This document shows positions 53,847 to 64,000 of a stretch of DNA of 64,000 bases, piece after piece. Every line of letters begins with the position of its first letter. Within the stretch, counting starts at the first letter, position 1. Below the pieces are notes generated by a model. The model had not been told where the DNA came from. It ran no database searches and saw only the letters and a program-made list of their open reading frames with translations. Both the position numbers and the translations under genes were made by a program. The stretch is from Octopus vulgaris. Taxonomy: Eukaryota. The DNA lies in NCBI GenBank assembly GCA_951406725.2, contig OX597814.1, positions 45,694,001 through 45,758,000 of the forward strand, read 5' to 3'.

Positions 53847-54105
53847 CAACTACCATTAAGTTAAATTCAAACCCTCTTTTGACAGATTTTCGGTAAACTT
53901 GATTTGGTAAGTTAGCAAAGCCTACATAGTTCTCCAGTTCTTTATGACCCTCCCGATGGTGCTTCTCATTACGATCATTGTCAACATCCTTTGTAATTAT
54001 TTCCCGTTCTCGTGTACGCTCCCTTTCCATTCCGAACCTTGCACTAGGGTCAAATTTGGGTGCTGCTTCATTTTTAAAAAAAGCATCCCTTTTGGCAGCA
54101 TTAAG
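53847..54105 (-). CDS. SEPT7: Septin-7 exon: N-terminal extension plus alpha0/polybasic region ([10 protein letters not shown]...[28 protein letters not shown])
   Basis: Polypyrimidine tract plus TTAAG acceptor, G|GTAAGT donor. [22 protein letters not shown] is the septin-7 signature. Confidence 0.93.
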
Positions 54106-56279
54106 CTTAAAAAAGAAAAGAAAAGGAGAAATAAGTATGTATTTAAATGTAAAGAAAACATTAAATGTAACAAAATTACCTCAAATACAGAATGGGATTT
54201 GTATCCTAAAATATATAAATTGATTTTATTTTAAAATAGAGAGAAAATTATTTTTAAAAAATCCTCATAGAATTGAAGTCAATTCATTTTGTACATTGGT
54301 TGAATTAACCCAAAGAAATAAGAATAAGTATTTAATTCTTTGATACCAATCTGCTTGAAACTGCTCCTGGTTCTATGATATACAAACTTCTTGATTTAAA
54401 GTGACCTAAATTAAAAGTTTTCATCAAAATTTCATGTTACTTAATATAGTAGAGTTATTTTAGTAAATTATTCATTATTATCAAAATTAATTGAAATAAG
54501 AGCAGTGTATTTCAACAGAAATATGATAAATATAAGGTTAACATTGAGAGCTATTCAAATTAGATTTAGCATTACTTGCAAGATTATTCATTGCTTACTA
54601 TCTATGTTTGAAAAGCATACAACAATAATTAAAAAACATTGAAATAAACATTTAATTGTAAACAAAATTAAAATCTTGATCCTGACAAAATTACAATGAC
54701 TTGATGGATCAAATTCTTTAGTGATAGTGATGTGTATCTGTGGAAAAGACACAGTACTTGTTACCTTTAAAAGTGGGTGAACATATTTAAAGCCAAACAG
54801 CAAAAATTTCATTAGAAATATTAGCGTAGTGAACAGAAATAAACATTAGTTAAATGGCTAAAATTATGTACATAAAAATTTATAGTTAAGTAGTGGTGAA
54901 CATATTTAATGCAGAAATCAAAATAATAATGCAGTGGGGAAAGAAGTTGCTTCAAAAAAACAAAAAAAAAGACTAAAATTTATATAACTTTTCAGACAGA
55001 AGAAGCATATCTGAATTAAGTTGTATTTTTTATTTCTTGAAAGCAGAGACCTAACTATTCTAACCCTCAATCAATAAAAAAAAAACCTAAAAAATTTATC
55101 CCTTTTCATGCTAGCTCAACACAAAAACTGATATCTTCTCAGTTGTGCCAACAAAATATTCAGCACACAACATCTGGCAAAAATATATTTAAAGCCATTC
55201 CTTAAAGCTTCCTATTTAAAATAACTTGATGCTTAGACTGATAAATAGCCAACTCTCAGTACAAGAAATAATTTAGATATCAAGTAATGTAGATTAATAT
55301 TAATTTTAGCTCATACATTTACCTTTGTAAAGAGAAAGATAAGTGGTGGTATTAAAGCTAATATTCTATACAATCTTCAAGACAAATATTTATATCATTA
55401 TATTTAGTTTTAACAGCATTTTTAAATTTCAAAGCAACAGTAAGCAGAATGTTTGTATAAAATGTTCTAACATGTTGTTCACACACTTGAGCAACAAATC
55501 TGTGACAAAAATCTAGTCAGAATTGCAGGATTGGAATAGATGAGACAGTTTTTTTCCCTATCTGAATTCAATTATTTTTGTCTGACAAAGAATATAACTT
55601 GCAGACAAGTTTTAATACAGAAACCAGCAAGAAATGTCAGATCATAAAAAAGCAAAACAAATGTCTACTCAGCCACATTGAAAGTTACACATTAAAAGAA
55701 AAAGGAAGTAAGAAAATACAAAGATCTGTGAAGCATTTTCAACAAGGACATCCTCTCATTAATTAACTAAAATATACAAATAATAAACTTACAATGATGT
55801 CTTTATGTAATACACTACATAAACTCTAGCCTGGTTAAAACAGCAAGTAAAGAAAAAAAAAATTTTAAGATAAGCAGTTAATTATGTTGTGATTTTATTG
55901 CTTTTTAATAAATTACTTCAAATTTTTCAACTTTATTATAAAACCCAACTGATTTTTCCAAACACATCAGGCATTGCCTTACACTTTTGTTTTGTTTCAA
56001 GTCAACATAATTCTGTGAAAAAAAAAAATCTTTCATGTAGTTTTTCACAAATATTGCTTGAATTGTGCAAATAACTTGTTTAATTGTATCGGTTAACATT
56101 TACAGTATTCAATATTCCTCAAGTGTTATAAAATCTGCTTTATTGCTGGCAGATGGAATTGAAATACAAACAGTAAAGAACTATGAAGTTAAGGACAAGC
56201 AGAAACTTCCAGAAATGATGGCATAAACTGTTTAAGAATTTTAATTCATAAGTCAAATATCATCAGGATAAAAAAAAAT

Positions 56280-56360
56280 CATACTATAATAGGCGTAACG
56301 TCCGGCTGTCTGTACTCACGTCACGGCCAAACGGTTGGGCCAACCAGCATGAAACTTTGT
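56280..56360 (+). mobile_element. Possible 5' fragment of a non-autonomous Helitron-like element
   Basis: CpG-rich island TCATACTATAATAGGCGTAACGTCCGGCTGTCTG...CCAAACGG...TGAAACTTT in an AT-rich background. Assignment is by resemblance only. Confidence 0.3.
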
Positions 56361-59300
56361 TTGTAAAGATAGCACCATGAATGAGTTATGTAAATGTTTA
56401 CATATACATTGTTCAATAAGGTACACTATATAGTTTGGACACTATCAAATATAAAGAATAAAAATAAGTACAACTTAAATTGTCTCGGTTTGCATCCTGC
56501 TCTTACTACCCATTGCAGATGGGTAAGTTTGCTAGTAATGATAATGCCAGTATGGAAAGTGGACGTTAAATGATGATAAATAATAATAATGCTTTCTTTT
56601 ACATTATTTAGTTTTGAGGAAGGAAGCAAGTGCTTAATAGTTTAGAACAGAAAAAAAAAATGATAAATGGCATGTAACAATATACCAAGGGATTTTCGAC
56701 AAAACCGTTAAATAAGGACATCTAACTTGAAGCCGACACAATTTTTACTAGCTTACTAGTAGAATTAAACCTTTAAAATTGATAAACAACTGCAAATTGT
56801 ATTATTGTCATCCTGAAATATTATTTTGACAAGATTGGCTAGATAAATACTCACATGAGTTTAGTTTTATTTATTTAGTTGTTGATCTTAAGAGTTTACA
56901 CCATCCCACACCCACTTTTAAACTACTTGCCACTTCTGGCTTTCTGCTTCCGCACCACCTACACTTTTTCATTCTGTAGGTCTCACACTAGGGAGTATGT
57001 ACAATCCTTCCTCAATAAAGCTACATACATCATTAACAAATTTTCAGTCAACCCACTGAACAGAGTAAAATAATTTAGATCACAGTAGTCTTTTTCTCAT
57101 ACAAGCTGTTCCTCGTCATGAAATGCTTAAAAAGATATTCAAGGAAGAAAAAGTAGCATTTATTTATCAATATCATGATGAAGTATTTGTTACCAGAATA
57201 AATTATTGAGGCTTTTTTTTTTGTTTTGTTAATCAACATCCCTACTTAATATATTGCTGCTGTTTAGAAACATGAAGCGAATATTTTGTTTCCTCAATTC
57301 ATTATGATAAAGTGAATCGATCATTATTTCATAAAACATTGAAAGCTTATACATGGAAACCTACGGTTAACTACAGCTAATAAAGAATACATATTTTCAT
57401 TCTGTCCAGTACAAACAAAGCAGCTAAAATCCGTGTGTATGTTGGTAATCATACAAAGATAATTTTAAATTAGGATTATCGCTAGACACATCAATTTCAT
57501 TGATAACAAAAACTCTATTCTGGAAGCAATCCATCACTATTTATCCAGCTATACTTTCATAATGAACCAACAAGGCAGTTTCTATATGGTCACACGACTG
57601 GCTAGAAATAGCAGCCGAATCTTCCTTAGTCAACACTAACCATCTTGAAAACAGAAAAAGACATTGCACAGTTTAATTCTAGATATATGAAACAAGGGAT
57701 AGTTATGGTTGTAGTATTGTTGATCATAGGACTGTGTGTAAACAACAATAATGAAACACTTCACCTAATTTTACAATAACTACATTTAGAACAACCTGCC
57801 TAGTTGATTTGCTTATAGTGATGAAATCTTTGTACTGCACACAAGCTCACTCTCTCCATCAAATAGGCACTTTCTGTATAGGTGCATGATGTGCCACATA
57901 TCAGATGTTAAAGTGATCATAGAGCAACATTAGATGAAGTATTTTGCTCAAGAATACAACACACTGTTCAAGCCAGGAATCAAACCCATGATCTCACAAT
58001 CATTACCAGCAAATAGGCTATGTACACTCGCTCACAAAATAGTAATAATTAATCTCACCCAAATTTCTTACTTTCCTCTTGAAAGATATTAGTAGGCTGT
58101 AGGCATTAATATTCCACTTAGAATCAATAAAGTCTTTTAAAAATTTATAAAGACCATAGTGTTTCCCTATGTATTGCCTTCAGACTTCAGACTGAATCAT
58201 GGAGAAGTGCTTGAAAAACTTAAATTAAAAGACAAAAATATTTTTGTGGAGGTAATGAATAAAAAAAAACAGGAAAGAATGCTATCATTTATCTTCTCTG
58301 AGACTAAACAGTTCAATGACCTCCACAAAACTTCACTACAAAAATATTTTTGTCTTTTAATGCAAGATTGTCAAGCACTCCTCCATAGTACAATTCAATC
58401 TGAAGTTTTTAAAATCATGGTGACTTGGTGGAAATTACTAACACAATGCAATACACAGGGAAACACTATGCTCTTTATAAACTCTTTTAAAAAAATACTG
58501 CATTGTCATATTTCTTAGAGAATCTTGGTATTTGGTTGACGCTAAGAATTCTTTTCAGAGGTCCAATTTTAAAAAAAAATCATTATTCTTTATTAATCTA
58601 CAAGTAGTAATGGTGCTTTGACATGTGTTTTACATTGGTTAGTTGTGTACCTGGTTATACCAATATATTGTTTATTCATTAATTACTTTTGGTCTTAATC
58701 CAACATTTTATTCATTCTCATTATGGTAAGACACACTTAATATAAATATTTCTATAATTGCAAATTCAATATGATCAATTTTTGAAAGGTCATTTGATAA
58801 GCGTAACTAATTTCAAATAAAAGTAGCCTAGTTTCTTGCAGTACCATGCATAATAAAATTAATACAATGATGATGATATTGACAAATAAAATTATGAAAC
58901 TAGAGATTGGTCTTCTATAATTTTCTTTTTGTTTATTCAAAGACTTCTAGTAAGTACATTTTGGATGTTTCAGGGACAACTTCCTTAAATTTTTGATGGA
59001 AAGCATTTTCTCAGCGAAAAGTAATAAATTTGTAAGAGTCTAACTATGAAGCTATAGATTAGTAATCAATCTATCGGGATTTTCAAATATATTGGATACT
59101 AGATAAAAGTCTATACATCTGTTTGTATTGCATTCCCCAAAATTACCTATTTATATGAAAACTGATTTTAAGATTGTTTATAGAACTAAAGAAAATGTTC
59201 ATATGACTTAAATACAAGCTGCCTCTGGAGGCAAAATAGTAAAATCTGGACATAAGAGGAATCAGATGTGTGCAAGAGAGAAGGATACATAGATATGGGG

Positions 59301-60854
59301 TGAGAGCAGCTGTATAAAGAAGTGCTGACTGCTTAATGTGGATGGAACTTATGGAAGAGGAAGACCCCAAAAGACAGATATTTAATGATGAGTTTGTTTG
59401 TGTACCACTAGACTGGATAAACATACTTTCTTTAGTTTACTTAGGATAAAAAAAAAGTACCGGGTATATTTTCAAAGTTCTCTGTGAAGCAATCTGTGAA
59501 TGTATTAAACTAGAACCAATAAATAATCACACATTCTATGTATCAAGACTTCTCCTTTCAAGACTTTCAGAATCTTTTACATCAAAATATAAAACTTGAG
59601 AACAAAGCAAAGGTTTAACTAAAAACAATGGTGGTGTATATCAGGAAACGGAAAACTGAAGTACACAAAAATCATGCAACTGAGCACCAAGAAAGATATT
59701 TTAGAAGATAAATAAATAAAAGATTTTGAGAGGAGTAGAACAAGAAAACAAAATTAAATTGAGAAGTTTTAACTGAGAAAAGAATTATATTTCTGATATT
59801 GACAATTTTGTATGCATAGTTGTAAAAAGGTATATTTTAACTGAAAACTATTTTTCTCAAAATGTCTGAAGCAATTGCAAGCAAATTTAATATACATAAA
59901 CTATCTATAATGTTTAAGCAGTAACTTATATAGAACAGCTTTGATTTAGCATTTGTATTAGCAGATTCCACACTTGTGTGATGCAGGAAGCAATCTAAGA
60001 TTTCTAGCTCAGCCAGTGCTAATCCACATTGCAACATTTTAGGGCTTGTTTACCAACCAGGTACCCCTAATTATCATCTGTTAATAATTCATTTTTGAGT
60101 GGATTTTTTTTATTCCTTTGAGTCCCACAAAAGGACTTACTTTGTGTGTTTGGTTAGAGACTATTATGCAGCATAGCTAAGCATGTGAGATGCTATTTGC
60201 ATTCAGCTGCAAACACTGATTGTTGTTCGACTATCTTCTCTTCCTTCCCAACTCCATGAGACAGTCCCTCCATTGGACAGCTGGTATATTACAATAGCAT
60301 CTGCATGTTGAATGCATCAAGCATCTTTCCATAGCTGGTCTTCAGAACGCCCCACAGTTGAGGTATGATAGTATACTGAGCAAAGGCTTCATTGTTTGAA
60401 AAACAATGCTCTTTTCGAATTATCTTTTTCTTACTTTTTAGAGGAAAGTGTTATGCTAATTGACTATCATTATTCTAAAACAGGGTTCTTGAAAAAACAA
60501 ATCTTTATATTACATAATCATTCTATTGGTTAGAGAGGGTGAAAATACTTATTCAGTCTCAAATTTTTCATGACCTATAACACAATTTTAAGTAACTACA
60601 TTCTTCAAATTAAAGCACTATATAAGTTCCACGCCCCTGGAATCAGCCTTAATACGGGTCACTTAAATATCATTCTTTTTACAAATGAACTACTGTCCCA
60701 AATATTTAAACACAGAACATACATTTTGCAGTAATGATTTTGATGTACTGGAAATAACAGTTCTCATTTGGAATACCTGAAGAGCCACTGTATGACATTT
60801 GTATTCATTCAATTTGTATGGTCTCCTTTGTATTGAGTTGCTATTTTCTAAATA

Positions 60855-61200
60855 GGTGCAGATGTGGCTGTGTGGTTAAGGTGGTTGAGAGGCCTATTTT
60901 CTAACCATGTGGTTTCAGGTTCAATCCCACTGCACAACACCTTAAGCATGTCTTCTACTAAAGCCACAGGCTGACTAAGGCCTTGTGAGTGGACAGGGAA
61001 ACTGAAAGAAGCCAATCATATATATATATATATATAAATTGATGTAGGTGTGTGTTTGTGTACCAAATGGACATCGTCATCATACATGTGAATGTTTGGC
61101 CAAGGGGAAATATTGCCTTGCTTGGAAACAGGTGACGGTTGGCAATAGGAAGGGTGTCAGACCATAGAAAATCTGCCTCAGTGAATTCCATCTAACCATA
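60855..61200 (+). mobile_element. SINE with tRNA-like head and RTE-type tail
   Basis: TGGCTGTGTGGTTAAG...GGTTCAATCCC head, GCCTTGTGAGTGGA core, GGTTGGCAATAGGAAGGG tail. Confidence 0.8.
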
Positions 61201-62048
61201 CATGTACGTAAAATATAATGCTAAAAGATGATGTAAAAAATGATGGAGGAATAAATATGCCTTCCTGTTAGGACTAAAGTGAGACATCACTTCAAGTATA
61301 GCTAAAACTCAAATAATATAATTTTCACATTTTAATTCTTTTTTTTTTATATATATGATTTTCTTATATAATAGATGCAGGCACAGGCATGGCTGTGGAG
61401 TTAAGAAGTTTTTCACAACCATATGGTTTCAGATTTGCTCTCACAGTATAGTACCATGGGCAAGTCTCTTCTTCAGTCTTGGGCTGACCAATGTGCTGTG
61501 AGTGAAATTCACTTGATACCAACATAGAAAAACAGACTTAAGAATATTACTGATGAGGTGATGATCTGCTTATTAAAACAATCTATTAAGAAATCTTGAA
61601 TTTCTGTACTGAGAAACTAAAACTAAAATCAGTAAACATTGAAAACAGAGCTATATGTAAACATCAAATGTGAGCTAAACATCAGCAGTATTATCAGTAA
61701 AGACTATATTAATATTTTCTGGAGTGAATAGTGACTAACAAAGAAGGTGACTTTTAAAAAAATTTAAGGAAGATTTTCTTTCATTTTTTTTTTTTTTAGC
61801 AGAAATATGGAATCTTCAGATGTCTTGAATACAAAAACCTAATTGTTTCTAAAATGTTGATTTATCACATGATTTTGTCTACTCCAACCTCTCACACTGA
61901 AGTGTCTCTTGACAAGACATCTGTATGAGCTTAAGTATAAAAATATAACATCAAGATATCTATTTAACAAAATTAACATGACTGATTTAAAATTAATATT
62001 TTCCAAAATAAAATACTGAAAAAAAAAAAGAAAAAAATTAAAGCTTAC

Positions 62049-62132
62049 ATCAAGGCTGTCTCCAAATTCTAAGTCTTTAACTGCGATTACATTATCAAAA
62101 GTAGTAATGTATTGTTGCTCTTTATCAGCCAT
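62049..62132 (-). CDS. Candidate first coding exon of the septin-7 gene (MADKEQQYITTFDNVIAVKDLEFGDSLD)
   Basis: ATG in an ATT-ATG-G context, 28 open codons, then GAT|GTAAGC. This phase-0 donor is compatible with the phase-0 acceptor at 54105. No homology support is visible. Confidence 0.45.
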
Positions 62133-63469
62133 AATGACAAGTATTCATACAGCCTGCTAAATTATATATCTTAAGCAGGACAAAGGAACTTTCATGACAA
62201 AATTCTTAAAATACTTTAGGAAGTGATTAAGCTCTCTTCTGCATTAATTCCATAAATGAACAAAACAAAAGATTTCATACTACATTAAAATTTCAGCATT
62301 TTTAAAGATAAAAATAGAACTTTCAACAAACCAAAATCCAATTTAATTAATTAAAAATCAGTTTGGGAAGAATTTCAGATGATTTCTAGAAGATCACACT
62401 CTAAATAAATACACCAACACACCTCTAAACATTCACACTAAATAGGTTCAACATTTAAACAAAGGTAGAATATAAACAACTTCCTTTTTTTCCCCCCTTC
62501 CATTCCAACTAGGCACATACTGTGTTTTGCTTTTAGCAATAAAGTGAGAGGAAATGTAGTTTAGACTAAAATATAACAAGTGCAAAGTATGCTGGGCTTA
62601 AATTACTATTTCCTCAACAAGTATCAACAGTTTATATAGAAGCAAGGATAAAATAATCAAGATGGAGTTGACAGGCTCAAGGAATAGTAAATTGTAAGAA
62701 AAAGATAACTTTTTCTAAATATTTGAGTATTTCCACCCAAAGATTAACTTGATAAACACTTGATGAAGGATCACGCCAGCTTAAATTCTAATCCTATATA
62801 CAACTTTCACTAACACCATAATTTTATACTGAGAACATTAACAAAAAAACTTCCAAAATACATCTTTCACTGTCTTTTTAGTATGCATTAAGAGATTCAT
62901 TAGGAAAATAAAGAGAACAGTTTTGTATAAATTTTGATTGTGAACTTTTTCTGGATCACCAATATTCTTATTTGCAACACTATATTAATGAAGAAACAAA
63001 GCAACAATATTTCTAAAGATTAAATAAATATAAGTTTTATCCAAATCTACAGAAACAATTGTATTGTCTGATATAAAAAGACAGATTATAAAGATAATCC
63101 TATTAAATGAAATCATTATGTTGGCTTTGATGATTTTTAACTATAACAATAACCGTTTGATAAGTAGGAAGAAAGCTGATTTGTAAGTCTATCTTAAAAT
63201 GAACTTAATTATGAAAATTTAAAGATCATTCAAATGACATGTATATTATCTTAAAAACTGAATCAAGGACATAATTACTTCCTTGAAATTTATCTAACTA
63301 TATGATGATGATGATAATGATGTTCACTGAATACTCTGATTACACTGAGGCACTTTTTAACTGAATGGTTTGAGCAACTCTACACTTGACTATTTTTCTT
63401 CTTTCATATGTCCTCTCTACATTCAGATTTAGTTTAAAATACATCTTATTTTTTTTTCTTTTATATATT

Positions 63470-63980
63470 TTTACTTGTTTTAGTTACTGAACTCTAGCCA
63501 TGCAGAGTCACAACCTAGAAGAATTTAGTCTAGCAAACTGACCCCAATATTTTCTTATTGGTAAAAAGTACCCATGCTAGTCCATGAAAAGAGCACCCAG
63601 TACACTCTGTAATATGGTTGGCAGTAGGAAAAGCATCCCACTGTAGAAACCAAGCCAAATCAGACTGGAACCTGCAGCTCTCCAGCTTGCCAGCTCTGGT
63701 CAACCCACCCAACCCATACCAGAATGGAAAATGGATGGATGATGATGGTATGGTATTTATTCTACAGGTCTTTTTCGATGAACTGCCAATTTTATGGGGA
63801 TGCAAAAAAACCAACATGGGCTGTCACGCAGTTGAAGGAACAGGAAACAAACAGGGCTTTCAGTTTCCATCTACTAATTTCACTCACAAGGTATTGGTTG
63901 GTCTAGCACTCTAGCAAAATGAATTTGCCCCAAAATCATATGGTTGCAAAGCAAGCTTCTTAACCATACAGCCATGCCTA
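63470..63980. mobile_element. Minus-strand SINE interrupted by a plus-strand RTE-tail element (about 63590-63746)
   Basis: SINE tail near 63470, SINE head near 63850-63980, and between them a match to 42185-42348 ending in (GAT)n. Confidence 0.65.
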
Positions 63981-64000
63981 AGTAAACCAAGAAGCAATAC

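Noticed and set aside
58159-58518. 119-aa ORF
   Set aside because: GTG start, AT-rich composition and no motif, so it is not supportable as a gene.

Overview
AT-rich eukaryotic genomic DNA. The tRNA-derived SINE and RTE repeat families point to an octopus or other coleoid cephalopod, but this is pattern recognition and was not checked against a database. Almost the whole window is one minus-strand septin-7 (SEPT7/peanut-class) gene. Eleven well-supported coding exons run from 54105 down to 120 with consistent GT-AG phases, and the final exon lies off the left edge. There is also a candidate first coding exon at 62132-62049 and a candidate 30-nt in-frame microexon at 13743-13714. The introns hold many SINEs, RTE and CR1-like LINE remnants, a Tc1/mariner fragment, MITEs and a perfect 60-bp-arm palindrome. 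The most notable observations are the microexon, a PHD-type zinc finger inside an RTE reverse transcriptase, a repeated hairpin-plus-pseudoknot unit in that RTE's 3' UTR, interleaved inverted repeats that could be ADAR substrates, and a degenerate minimal hammerhead-like motif. I see no prokaryotic-type system such as CRISPR. Most of the listed short ORFs are spurious.
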